NCBI GenBank assembly: GCA_041552055.1
Contig: JBFELO010000020.1
Coordinates: 1-47,848, forward strand
Source: Candidatus Sulfomarinibacteraceae bacterium
GTDB lineage: Bacteria > Acidobacteriota > Thermoanaerobaculia > Thermoanaerobaculales > Sulfomarinibacteraceae
Length of the DNA stretch: 47,848 nucleotides
Direction of reading: 5' to 3'
Below are positions 36,574 to 45,791 of the stretch, piece after piece (position 1 is the first letter of the stretch; every line of letters starts with the position of its first letter). Made by a program: the position numbers and the translations under genes. A model generated the notes under the pieces. That model was not told where the DNA came from, did not search any database, and saw only the letters and a list, made by a program, of their open reading frames with translations.

Positions 36574-37863
36574 TTGACGCTCGACCAACTGCTGGAACAG
36601 CTGCCGGTCTGGGAGATGACGCTGGGTGCGACCGTCGTTGTGGCCGTCCTGACCGTCTTTCTGCTCGGCCGGCTGACCGGATTCAAAAGAGGTCAGCGCG
36701 CCACGCAGACGCAACAACAGGCGGAGCAACGCCCATCAGTCGGGAGTCCCATCCTGCGAATGGAGCGGGATATGGATTTCCTGGTGGACTTCATCAAGGA
36801 GTTCCCCGCGATCATGCTCGACCTCAACCGGCAGTCCAACGTGCGCCAGATCCCCTCGGTGCTTCTCAACGCGGTGGTGCGGATTTTCCGTGCGGAACAA
36901 GCGGCGGTTCTGGTTCGCCGCAAGAGCACCCTGATGGAGCCCGAGCGGTCGAACCGACTGATCGTGGCCGCGGTTTCGTCGAGTGAGCGCGGTCTCGACG
37001 TGGGCACCGAAATCGGGATCGGCGAGGGACAGCTCGGAATGGTGGCCGAGAGCCAACGGATCATGGACCGATCCGACTTCACCAACAGCACCGACACCGG
37101 GCAGTTCACAATGGGCGGCTCCCGGCTCCCGGTGTTCGAGGTCGCCGCGCCGATGGTGCACGAGGATGAGACGCTCGGCGTGCTGGCGTTCTCCCGGCCT
37201 CAGCGCCACCATCCGCGCGAGAAGGAGATGCTGCACATGATCGCCCAACTCGGTGCGATCACCTGGCACAACACGACCGCCTACCGCAAGGTCCAGGTGT
37301 CCGCCGATGTGGATGAGCTAACCGACATCTACAACAAGCGGGCGCTCAAGTTTCGGCTCAGCGAGCTGGTATACGAAGCGCGTCAGGCCGGCGGCCGAGT
37401 GTCGGTGTTCCTGTTCGACATCGACCACTTCAAGAATTACAACGACCTCAACGGACACATCGCCGGCGATCAGGCGCTGAAGCTGCTGGCGCAGATCGTC
37501 AAGGAGACCGTCCGAAGCGACGACATCTTCGGACGGTTCGGGGGTGAGGAGTTCCTCCTGATCATGCCCGGCCGGACTACCGCTCAGGCGATGAGCGCGG
37601 CAGGCAACATCCGGCAACGAATCGCAAACTACGAGTTTCCGTTCGGCGACCGACAGCCGATGGGGAAGGTCTCGGTCAGCGGTGGCGTGTCGACGTTCCC
37701 CGATGATGCGCAGGACGCGGTCGAACTGCTGTTGGCCGCAGACAACGCTTTGTACAAGGCGAAACAGGCCGGACGGAACCAGGTGTTGCGCGCCGAGACC
37801 GGCATGAATCCGATCACGGCGACACCGAAGAACGTCACATTCGAGGACGACTCGGCGAATTAA
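36574..37863 (+). CDS. transmembrane GAF-GGDEF diguanylate cyclase
   Basis: Transmembrane helix, then a GAF-like region, then …GRFGGEEFLLIMPG… GGEEF motif. Proposed TTG start at 36574 (GGGGAG 5 nt upstream). The six-frame ORF begins at 36442 and would overlap the divergent gene. Confidence 0.7.
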   Translation: MTLDQLLEQLPVWEMTLGATVVVAVLTVFLLGRLTGFKRGQRATQTQQQAEQRPSVGSPILRMERDMDFLVDFIKEFPAIMLDLNRQSNVRQIPSVLLNAVVRIFRAEQAAVLVRRKSTLMEPERSNRLIVAAVSSSERGLDVGTEIGIGEGQLGMVAESQRIMDRSDFTNSTDTGQFTMGGSRLPVFEVAAPMVHEDETLGVLAFSRPQRHHPREKEMLHMIAQLGAITWHNTTAYRKVQVSADVDELTDIYNKRALKFRLSELVYEARQAGGRVSVFLFDIDHFKNYNDLNGHIAGDQALKLLAQIVKETVRSDDIFGRFGGEEFLLIMPGRTTAQAMSAAGNIRQRIANYEFPFGDRQPMGKVSVSGGVSTFPDDAQDAVELLLAADNALYKAKQAGRNQVLRAETGMNPITATPKNVTFEDDSAN

Positions 37864-37944
37864 CCGGCCCCCACTCGGGTCGCGGAATACAGCTGAGTTG
37901 CCGGCTGTTTCCCTCCACGATCCACGTCCTCACCGGGAGGAACC

Positions 37945-38421
37945 ATGAAACGCTTGACACTGTTGGCGTTGGTCGTCACCGCGATCGTCGGATCGCCCGT
38001 GCTGGTCGGAGCCCACTGCCAGATTCCGTGCGGAATCTACGACGACGAACTGCGGGTGCAGTTGATCGAGGAGCACATCGGCACGGTCGAGAAGGCGATG
38101 CAGCAGATCATCGCACTCGGCAAGGATCAGCCGGCGAACATCAATCAGCTGGTTCGCTGGGTCGACAACAAAGAACAACACGCCCAGGAAATCCAGGACA
38201 TCGTCACCGCCTACTTCATGGCACAGCGGATCAAGCCGATGGCCGAGAACACGGACGGGCGTGCGTCCTACGTGGAGCAGTTGACGCTGTTGCACGACAT
38301 CCAGATCCGCGCGATGAAGGCCAAGCAGTCCACGGATCTCGCGCAGGTGGAGGCGCTGCGTGCGCTGGTCGTGCAGTTCCGCAAGGCCTACTTCGGCGAG
38401 CAGGGGACCCACGCTCACTGA
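37945..38421 (+). CDS. sodN: nickel superoxide dismutase precursor
   Basis: Pro-peptide MKRLTLLALVVTAIVGSPVLVGA followed by HCQIPCGIYDD. This is the Ni-hook motif H-C-x-x-P-C-G-x-Y at the predicted mature N-terminus. 158 aa. Confidence 0.85.
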   Translation: MKRLTLLALVVTAIVGSPVLVGAHCQIPCGIYDDELRVQLIEEHIGTVEKAMQQIIALGKDQPANINQLVRWVDNKEQHAQEIQDIVTAYFMAQRIKPMAENTDGRASYVEQLTLLHDIQIRAMKAKQSTDLAQVEALRALVVQFRKAYFGEQGTHAH

Positions 38422-38594
38422 CCCGCGCCCGTCGAACGGCCGTCGGACCCCGAGGAGCCCCGGGATCATCCTCGGTGCGTCTCACCCGATGCCGACGACC
38501 TCGAGCATGAAGGCGCACTTGAACGCGGTCTTCCGGTACCTGCCGAATCGGCCGCTCGGGCCCCCGTGTCTACTCGTGATGTCGGTCTTCAAGG

Positions 38595-39035
38595 TCAGGG
38601 ACCGAGAGCACGATCGAGCTCGTCAAGGAACTCGGTCACCGCACGGTCGAGGAGGCCGATCTCGCCCGGCGAATTGACCGTCCCACCGCTCGCCTGCAAA
38701 GCGACCCTCACGACCTCTCCGCGTTGATCGATCCGCACATCCAACACGACCGCGCGGTACGCCGGGTCGGCCGCGGACTCCGCTCGAATCCGGCCCTGCT
38801 CGCGGTCCTCCTCGTCGATGATGTATCCGGTACTCGACAACGACCACACCACCGCCCTCCAGACGCGGTCATACGGCAGGACGTAGCTCCGCGACCAATC
38901 GTCCCCGTTCGCCAGCACTTCCGACGTCGCCGAACACCCGATTGCAGACAGTCCGACAACGACAAGGCTCGACAGAAGCAGTTCGCAGGGCCACGCCCGC
39001 CTCAGTCGTTCAGCGCGCACCATGGGCGTCACCAT
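38595..39035 (-). CDS. lipoprotein, function unknown
   Basis: …LSSLVVVGLSAIGCS… lipobox. Start at 39035 is preceded by GGAAAGG. The rest of the 349-aa six-frame ORF is read-through. Confidence 0.45.
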   Translation of the reverse strand: MVTPMVRAERLRRAWPCELLLSSLVVVGLSAIGCSATSEVLANGDDWSRSYVLPYDRVWRAVVWSLSSTGYIIDEEDREQGRIRAESAADPAYRAVVLDVRIDQRGEVVRVALQASGGTVNSPGEIGLLDRAVTEFLDELDRALGP

Positions 39036-39037
39036 TG

Positions 39038-39553
39038 TCAACCTTTCCGGCGTTCTGGGTCGCAGCCGTCCGTGCCGGCGAAGCGTCCGTCCGCGACTCC
39101 TGTCTGGCTGCGGTTCGATACGCCCTCCATCCAGCCGATGCGGCAGCGCTCGCGATGGTCGACCTCCGGGCTGAACGGTTTGATGTCCAGCACCGGTGTG
39201 CCGTCGAGGATGTCGAGATCGGCCACGCGCAGTCGCGTCCCGGTGATGCCGAGCAGGCGCACCACGGAGAGCCCGATCGGGTTGGGACGACGCGGCGCAC
39301 GGGTCGCGAACAGCCCCCTCTGCTCCGCGCCCATGTACGGAACGACCGCGAGCGTATAGCCTGAGGAACAGTGCAAGTGGTAGATCAGGTGGATGTGTGA
39401 GAACCCGTCCAGGTCGGCAAGGCCGGGTGCGAAATCCTCGAGCACCTCGACAGTGCCCTCCGCTCCGTCTGCGAACCGGGGCTGGATCGGCATGCCGATC
39501 GGTTCCGTGAATGGGCTGTGAACGAATCCAATCGGGCGGTACACGATCTCCAC
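39038..39553 (-). CDS. trmO: tRNA (adenine37-N6)-methyltransferase TrmO (YaeB/TsaA-like)
   Basis: MEIVYRPIGFVHSPF…GLFATRAPRRPNPIGLSVVRLL…LDGTPVLDIKPF is the TrmO/YaeB signature. Confidence 0.8.
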   Translation of the reverse strand: MEIVYRPIGFVHSPFTEPIGMPIQPRFADGAEGTVEVLEDFAPGLADLDGFSHIHLIYHLHCSSGYTLAVVPYMGAEQRGLFATRAPRRPNPIGLSVVRLLGITGTRLRVADLDILDGTPVLDIKPFSPEVDHRERCRIGWMEGVSNRSQTGVADGRFAGTDGCDPERRKG

Positions 39554-39727
39554 AACTCCTCCCCACGATCTGGGCCTCTCCGCTCACAGAGCGGTTGCAT
39601 ACGGGCCAGATCGTCTGAACGACATGATACGGCGTCCGCTTCACGACTCACGCCTCGGCCGGAAGGCACCAACCCGCTGGAGTGTTGTACCTGCCGCTCG
39701 GTATAATGCATGCATCCCGGAGGAAAG

Positions 39728-40546
39728 ATGCGGTCTCTCACACTCGTGCTGTTGATGGTGACCGTTGCCGTCGCGATACCCCTCGATCTCGCGGCGCGGA
39801 CCGACCCTCTCGAGCATCCGGCCACAACGAAGGTGCTGGAAATGATCACCGCAGGACAGACGGACGAGGAGATTCTCGATCAGATCGATGAGCTTGCCCC
39901 CTTCCCGGAGTTCAACGGCCACGACCTCGCAGAGCTCAAACGGCGCGGAGTCTCCGACCGAGTCCTGCTGCGGATGCTCGAGATGACCGGCAATGGCGCG
40001 GCCGCCCGGCCGACGTCAGTGACGACGCCTCGAGAGACATCCCCGGAGCTCGCTCCAGAGGCCCGCGGTGGACTGATCCGCGTCCTCGTCGACTGTCCAT
40101 TCGACGTCAATTACCTCGAGGTCGCCCTGAATGGAGAGATCCAGAGCACCAGGGGTGAACTGTGGAAGGGCTCGGTGGGGACGGGCGAGCATCTCGACCC
40201 ACCCCCCGACGTCGCCGATCAGGAACTCGCCGTCTTGTTCGAGTCTCCGGTGGCACCGGGCCGACACATCGCTGCGGTTGGTTTCGCGGTCACCGAGGTC
40301 AGGCAGGATCCCAGCGAGGTCTGGGGGCAGGAGGCAGGCGAGCACTACGAGACACGCGGCATCCGAGCGATACCGTCCGTCCTCCCCGGACAGGCGCCGA
40401 GCGGTAACGTCGGCGCGGTGTGCGACATCGGGGCCGGCCAGCTGTGCGAGGTCGTGGCCACGCCGCAGTACACTTCGTCCACATTGCTGCGCGGCGCCTC
40501 GGTATACAACGTGCGCTACCGAGTCAGCGTCGTGGACCGGCGCTGA
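39728..40546 (+). CDS. secreted hypothetical protein
   Basis: Signal peptide MRSLTLVLLMVTVAVA. No family recognised. Confidence 0.45.
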   Translation: MRSLTLVLLMVTVAVAIPLDLAARTDPLEHPATTKVLEMITAGQTDEEILDQIDELAPFPEFNGHDLAELKRRGVSDRVLLRMLEMTGNGAAARPTSVTTPRETSPELAPEARGGLIRVLVDCPFDVNYLEVALNGEIQSTRGELWKGSVGTGEHLDPPPDVADQELAVLFESPVAPGRHIAAVGFAVTEVRQDPSEVWGQEAGEHYETRGIRAIPSVLPGQAPSGNVGAVCDIGAGQLCEVVATPQYTSSTLLRGASVYNVRYRVSVVDRR

Positions 40547-40561
40547 CCGAACGCACGCTTC

Positions 40562-41545
40562 TCACCGTCGCTCGCCCCGGGCCCCCCGCTCCAGTCTTCG
40601 CTCGTCGTCATGCTCGTGGTGGTGTGTGTGACCCCGCAGCAGATCGAGCGCATGCTCCAGCACCGGGAGGATGACCGTCAGATTCTCGGTCGCAGCCCTG
40701 CGGCTCCCGGGCAGGTTCACGATCAGCGTCGCCCCTCGGATTCCGCACACTCCACGTTGCAGCCACGCGTTCGGCGTGATCACGGCCGACGCCGCGCGCA
40801 TCGCCTCGGCCAGCCCCGGGACCTCCCGGTGGATCACCGAACGGGTGGCCTCCGGCGTGTGATCGCGCTCGGCACATCCGGTGCCGCCCGTCGTCACTAC
40901 CATGCCGAGGCCGCGATCGCTGAGGTCGACGAGCCGGCCGGCGATCTCGTCCTGCTCGTCCGGCACGATCATCGTGGTCGCGATGTGCCCACCGAGACCT
41001 CTCTCGATCAACTCGGCGATGGCGGGGCCTGCGGTGTCGCGCGCGGCCCCTGCCGACGCGCTGTCCGACACCGTGACCACGGCCACCTGGATCACCGATC
41101 TGGACACCTCGCACAGCACACGAATCGACTCGCCTGGCCGAACCTCACCGCCGCGAACCACGCTGGCGAATACGCCGTTCCGCGGCATGATGCAATCGCC
41201 GGCCTGGGCGTAGATGGCACATCGCGTGTGACATGCCTTTCCGATCTGAGTGATCTCGAGCTCGGCATCGGCCACGGACAGTCGCGACCCGATCCCCAGC
41301 CTCTCGAGCCCGCAACCGTCCACCACCAGATTCTCTCCGAAATCACCGGGCTCGAGCTCCAATCCACGATCCCGCATGTCGTCGATGTCAGATCCCGAGA
41401 GCAGGCTCACCTGACGGTGCCAGGGGCCGGCGTGCGCGTCCCCCTCCAAGCCGTGTCCCGCGACCAGAACCGCCCGTTCCACTGCCCGCTTCTGCTCACC
41501 CTTGGAGGGCGCAATACACACCGCGATGACTGATCCGTGAGTCAC
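40562..41545 (-). CDS. moaB: MOSC-domain / MoaB(MogA)-domain fusion protein
   Basis: N-terminal half …GLEGDAHAG…PGDFGENLVVDG…GKACHTRCAIYA…VRPGESIRV is a MOSC domain. C-terminal half …VVTVSDSAS…MVVTTGGTGCAERDHTPEA… is MoaB/MogA. GTG start forms a GTGA overlap with the moaC stop. The 416-aa six-frame ORF N-terminus overlaps moaC and is rejected. Confidence 0.7.
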   Translation of the reverse strand: MTHGSVIAVCIAPSKGEQKRAVERAVLVAGHGLEGDAHAGPWHRQVSLLSGSDIDDMRDRGLELEPGDFGENLVVDGCGLERLGIGSRLSVADAELEITQIGKACHTRCAIYAQAGDCIMPRNGVFASVVRGGEVRPGESIRVLCEVSRSVIQVAVVTVSDSASAGAARDTAGPAIAELIERGLGGHIATTMIVPDEQDEIAGRLVDLSDRGLGMVVTTGGTGCAERDHTPEATRSVIHREVPGLAEAMRAASAVITPNAWLQRGVCGIRGATLIVNLPGSRRAATENLTVILPVLEHALDLLRGHTHHHEHDDERRLERGARGERR

Positions 41546-42036
41546 GGATGGTCGTCCAGGACCCGATCGGTCGCCCGGTAGTCCCCGGATCGCCCCCCCG
41601 ATTTCTCGACCAGGCGGACACGTTCCAGAACCATGTCTTTCGAGAGCGCCTTGAGCATGTCGTACAGGGTGAGACCAGCCACGGTCACAGCTGTCAGGGC
41701 TTCCATCTCGACACCGGTCGCGGCGCGGGTGGCAGCCGCGGCCTCGATCGAGATCCGATCGTTCCCGACCAGAAACTCGATCGCGACATGGTCGAGCGGC
41801 AGCGAGTGGCACAGCGGTACCAAGTCGGCGGTTCGCTTTGCCGCCATGATGCCGGCGATTCGGGCCGTCGCCAACACGTCACCCTTCGGCGTCGAGCCTG
41901 ACCGCACCGCCTCGATGACCCGCTCACCGACGACCAACTCCGCCGCCGCGACGGCCCGACGCCGGCTGTCCTGCTTGTCGCCGACGTCCACCATTCGAAC
42001 CCTCCCGTCGCCGTCGACGTGTGTCAACTCGGCCAT
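41542..42036 (-). CDS. moaC: cyclic pyranopterin monophosphate synthase accessory protein
   Basis: MAELTHVDGDGRVRMVDVGDK…VPLCHSLPLD… is the MoaC signature. Confidence 0.85.
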   Translation of the reverse strand: MAELTHVDGDGRVRMVDVGDKQDSRRRAVAAAELVVGERVIEAVRSGSTPKGDVLATARIAGIMAAKRTADLVPLCHSLPLDHVAIEFLVGNDRISIEAAAATRAATGVEMEALTAVTVAGLTLYDMLKALSKDMVLERVRLVEKSGGRSGDYRATDRVLDDHP

Positions 42037-42039
42037 CGA

Positions 42040-43023
42040 TCAACCCCCCATGGACACCATCGGCAGGTCCGATTCCATAGCCGACGAGGCGGTCTTGCCC
42101 GCCAGGTAGGCGTGGAGCCGGCTTCGCACCTCCGGCTCGATCGTTGTCTCGAGCAATCCCGCGAGATCGAACCGGACCGGATCCATCAGGCATCGCCGCA
42201 CCCGGCCCCTGGCGTCGAGACGCAGCCGCGAACAGCTGTCGCAGAACGGACGGGACCTCGGCGTGATCCACCCCACCCGCACCGCAACGCCTCGCCACCG
42301 GATCATCGAAGGGCGTGCCGGTCCCGGCGACGCCGATCGATCGTCGACGACCTCGGTGCGGCTCCCTAGCCAATCCCGCACCTCGTCCGCCGACACGTAC
42401 TCCCGCTCGGCCCACGCGACCTCGGTGCCCGTGCGCATCAGCTCGATGAACCTGATCTCGAGTCCCTGCCTGCCGGCGAAGTCGAGCAGTAGCGGCACGT
42501 CGGATCGCCAGTTCGACGAAAGCAGCACCGCGTTCATCTTCACTGGAGTCAGGCCACAGTCCAACGCGGCGCCGATCCCGGCCAAGGTGTCAGCCAGCCG
42601 ACCGCCGCGTGTCAGCTCTGCGAACCGCCGTTCGTCGAGGCTGTCCACGGATACGTTGACCCGGGACAGGCCGGCCCCACGAAGCGACGGTGCCAGATCC
42701 ACCAGTCGGGCGCCGTTGGTGGTCGCCGACACTTCGGAGACCCCTGGGATCGCCGCCAGTGATTGCACGAGACCGACCACGCCGTCCCGTAACAACGGCT
42801 CACCGCCAGTCAGTTTGACCCTGCTCACGTCGAACTCGCGGCTCAGCCAGGCGACGGTGTCGGCCAGCCTTTCGAGCGGCAACAGATCTTCACGGCGGAG
42901 CTTCCCGATTCCGGCGGCAGGCATGCAATAACGACAGCGCAGGTTGCAGCGATCGGTGACCGACACCCGGATCACGGCATCTTCAGGGCGCTGCCGGTGC
43001 GGCCCTCGCTGTCCGGTCACCAT
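42040..43023 (-). CDS. moaA: GTP 3',8-cyclase (radical SAM)
   Basis: …IRVSVTDRCNLRCRYCMP… CxxxCxxC radical-SAM cluster and MoaA C-terminal domain. ATG at 43023 is preceded by GGAAAGGAG. Confidence 0.85.
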   Translation of the reverse strand: MVTGQRGPHRQRPEDAVIRVSVTDRCNLRCRYCMPAAGIGKLRREDLLPLERLADTVAWLSREFDVSRVKLTGGEPLLRDGVVGLVQSLAAIPGVSEVSATTNGARLVDLAPSLRGAGLSRVNVSVDSLDERRFAELTRGGRLADTLAGIGAALDCGLTPVKMNAVLLSSNWRSDVPLLLDFAGRQGLEIRFIELMRTGTEVAWAEREYVSADEVRDWLGSRTEVVDDRSASPGPARPSMIRWRGVAVRVGWITPRSRPFCDSCSRLRLDARGRVRRCLMDPVRFDLAGLLETTIEPEVRSRLHAYLAGKTASSAMESDLPMVSMGG

Positions 43024-43339
43024 TCGGTCTCCTTTCCAAGCCGGGAGGCCGCCGCGTTTCCACCGCGACCCTTGGGGCTCCGGAGCGCCACGCTCCGCCC
43101 ACCGTTCGACGACCCATGGGCATCTGTCCGTTAGGCTCGTCGAATCGGAGACTGCTTCATTCATAGGATATAGGAGTTTTCGGGCCCGTGCGCAAGTCCC
43201 AACCGTCCCCGTTCCCGAATCGACGACGATCTCAACATACCCCTGCCCCCGAAGAATTGACCTTCCCCCGATCTCGGGAAACCCCGATCGAGTACCGAAA
43301 CGCGCGACACCCGAACTCTGAGGTCAGAGCTGTTCAGGG
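43024..43339 (-). ncRNA. long 5' leader of moaA; candidate molybdenum-cofactor (Moco) riboswitch
   Basis: A 316 nt untranslated gap lies upstream of the moaA-moaC-moaB operon. On the minus strand there is a TATATC-like -10 island, several hairpins (GGAGCGTGGCGCTCC; CGCGGTGGAAACGCG) and a GGCCUCCCGG…AAAGGAG segment that could pair with the ribosome-binding site. Confidence 0.3.
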
Positions 43340-44539
43340 CTAGAGCGGATAGCACGGGATCGGATCGCCGACCTCGTATGCGGCGCCGACATCCAGCCTC
43401 GCGAAGGCGTTGGCGGCGGCGGCTGCCACCAGGTCGTGCGAGCCCCGCCACGGCACGACGCGAGCCGACAGGCGGTCTTGACCTCTCGTGAGAACCGCCG
43501 GACGTAACTCGACACGATCGCCCCGGTTCGTCACCGCTTCCTCGAGCTCTGCGAGCATCGGTTGCTCGTTGAAAGCCGCGGTGTCGCCGCTCAGGGTCGC
43601 CGCCAGAGGCCATCCGAACAGACGCCAGCCCGCCAGCACCGATACCGGGTTCCCCGGAAGGCCGAGCATCCAGCAGCCATCGAATCGGACCGCCAGCAGC
43701 GGCTTGCCCGGCTTGACCGAGACTTGGTGAAACAGCACCTCGCCACCGAGCGAACGCGCGACCTCGGGCACCAGGTCATAGTCACCGACCGAGACGCCGC
43801 CGGAGGTCAGCACGAGATCGGCGTCGGCGATCGAGCTCGACAGCGTGAGGCTCAGGTCGTCGGTCGTGTCCCCCGCGGAGACCGACTGCGGTGCTCGCAG
43901 GCCGGCAGCTCTCACCAGCGCATCCAACATCGGACCGTTCGAGTTGCGGATCTGACCGGGTCCCGGCACCTCCGAGACCGGAACCACCTCGCTACCCGTG
44001 ACCACGACCGAGACTCTGGGTCTGGGGATGACCGCGACGCGATCGGCGCCGGCGGCCGCCATAAGGGCCACCAGCTGCGGTGTGACGAGCTCACCGATCT
44101 CGGCGAGCGGTGCACCGACCGCCAGGACCTCGCCGCGGCGCCGAACGTGCGAACCGGCCGCGAGCGACTCGAGACGCACCACACCGTTCTCACCCACCGA
44201 GGCCTGCTCCTGCGGCACGACGGTGTCGGCACCCTCCGGGAGCACGGCACCGGTAAAGATGCGTGCCGCGCACCCCTGCGGGAGATGACCCGCAACGGTT
44301 CCTGCCTGTACCTCGAAGGCTACCGGCAGGGTGCCTCCACACCCCACATCGGCGTGCCTCACGGCATAGCCGTCCATGGCCGACACATGGCCCGGCGGCG
44401 AGTCAACGTCGGATCGAGGAGGCTCCGCGATTCTGCATCCCAGTGCCTCGCCGAGCGGCACCACCACCGGATCGAGGGCGGCCACTCGAGCCGCGACAAG
44501 GCCACGCGCTTCGTCGAGTGTGATCACGCCCGGTAGCAT
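43340..44539 (-). CDS. moeA: molybdopterin molybdotransferase
   Basis: MLPGVITLDEARGLV…SAMDGYAV…GGVSVGDYD… is the MoeA signature. GGAG Shine-Dalgarno. Confidence 0.85.
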   Translation of the reverse strand: MLPGVITLDEARGLVAARVAALDPVVVPLGEALGCRIAEPPRSDVDSPPGHVSAMDGYAVRHADVGCGGTLPVAFEVQAGTVAGHLPQGCAARIFTGAVLPEGADTVVPQEQASVGENGVVRLESLAAGSHVRRRGEVLAVGAPLAEIGELVTPQLVALMAAAGADRVAVIPRPRVSVVVTGSEVVPVSEVPGPGQIRNSNGPMLDALVRAAGLRAPQSVSAGDTTDDLSLTLSSSIADADLVLTSGGVSVGDYDLVPEVARSLGGEVLFHQVSVKPGKPLLAVRFDGCWMLGLPGNPVSVLAGWRLFGWPLAATLSGDTAAFNEQPMLAELEEAVTNRGDRVELRPAVLTRGQDRLSARVVPWRGSHDLVAAAAANAFARLDVGAAYEVGDPIPCYPL

Positions 44540-44577
44540 ACCCGAACTCCAACCACAGCTTCGAGGCTACCTTCCAT

Positions 44578-44618
44578 GGTCGCCATCGTTATCCTCATCG
44601 TCATCGTCAGCGTCGCTG
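44578..44618. repeat. (ATCGTC)n hexamer array; reads (GACGAT)n on the moeA coding strand, ~40-80 nt upstream of the moeA start
   Basis: gtcgccatcgttatcctcatcgtcatcgtcagcgtcgctg. Confidence 0.4.
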
Positions 44619-44725
44619 CAGAACTCAGCCGCTGCGACACGATCCCGATTCCGAGGTCTCGATCAGTCACAATTCACAACGCCGGATCACGTATCGAGGT
44701 CTCGAAGCGGAGGTGCCGGGAGGGC

Positions 44726-45766
44726 TCAGCGCCGCAAGGCTTCGTACTCTTCAAGCGTGTTCACACTCCGCCAGCACTCGGCGACCTCCGTCGGAGGTAC
44801 CGGACATTCGACCTTCGGATGATCAGAGATCGCGCTTGGGGCCGTCTCCGCATTCCCGATACAACCCTCCAAGAGTGAGAGTGCCTGAGGCTCGTACAGC
44901 GCGAGGAACGGCTCCACCGCGCCTCCACTCGGCCGCGGCATGACCGCCCAGCGTCCCGGCGCACGCCGTTCCAGCAGCCAGGCGACCGCTTCCGAGCGGA
45001 CCAGCGGCTGATCGCATGCGACGATCAGCCATGCGGCATGCCGATGCCAGCGGAGAGCCGCCACCAAACCGGCAATCGGACCCTGCAGCCCAGGGGTGTC
45101 CGGCAGCCGAGGGACATCTCGATGGGAAGCCGGGACCTGTCCCGACCCGATCAAGGCGATGGCTTCGACGTGACCGTCGAGGGAACCCGCCACCCACTCC
45201 GTGAAGGTGCGGCCGGACACCTCGAGGAGTTGCTTTGGACGCCCCATCCGCTCGGACCGGCCACCGACCAGGATGCCCCCGAACACCGGCCGGCTGGACC
45301 AAGCGTCGTCCAGCTGTCGTCGGATCACGGCGTCGGCGCGATCGACTCGGTCGCGGTCCCAGGGCAACACACAGCGGACCTCCGACAATCCCGGTGGAGG
45401 CTCGGACTCACCCTCGCGGCACAGCCAGATCTTCGGCAGCGGAGTGCCTTTGTGTCCCTCGACCAACACCAGATCGTGGTCGGCCAGCAACGACGTCACC
45501 GTTCGCTCGAGGCCGACATCTGAATCACGATGCGAGCGGGCAAACGTCTCGGCCGGCCCCCGCAACACGACGTCGGCACCCGCACGGAACAGCCGATCGG
45601 AGTCCTTCCCCGCGCGATCAACATCGACCCCATGAACATCGTGCTTCAATACCGCCACGGAAAGCCCCCGCCGACGGAGGATCGGGATCACGGCCTCCAG
45701 CAGCGTGGTCTTACCCGAGCCGCTGTAGCCGCTCAACGCGAACACCGGACGAGACTCGGTATTCAT
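44726..45766 (-). CDS. mobA: MobB-MobA fusion (molybdopterin-guanine dinucleotide biosynthesis adaptor + molybdenum cofactor guanylyltransferase)
   Basis: N-terminal PVFALSGYSGSGKTTLLE (MobB P-loop). C-terminal GGILVGGRSERMGRPKQLLE (MobA). Start at Met-12 (45766) chosen; ATG at 45799 would overlap hslO by 8 nt. Confidence 0.7.
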   Translation of the reverse strand: MNTESRPVFALSGYSGSGKTTLLEAVIPILRRRGLSVAVLKHDVHGVDVDRAGKDSDRLFRAGADVVLRGPAETFARSHRDSDVGLERTVTSLLADHDLVLVEGHKGTPLPKIWLCREGESEPPPGLSEVRCVLPWDRDRVDRADAVIRRQLDDAWSSRPVFGGILVGGRSERMGRPKQLLEVSGRTFTEWVAGSLDGHVEAIALIGSGQVPASHRDVPRLPDTPGLQGPIAGLVAALRWHRHAAWLIVACDQPLVRSEAVAWLLERRAPGRWAVMPRPSGGAVEPFLALYEPQALSLLEGCIGNAETAPSAISDHPKVECPVPPTEVAECWRSVNTLEEYEALRR

Positions 45767-45791
45767 TTCTGTGCGACGGTCTCGGAACGAA

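Noticed and set aside
40562-41812. 416-aa extended ORF of the MOSC-MoaB gene
   Set aside because: The N-terminal extension overlaps moaC in another frame. The GTG at 41545 forms a GTGA coupling overlap with the moaC stop.
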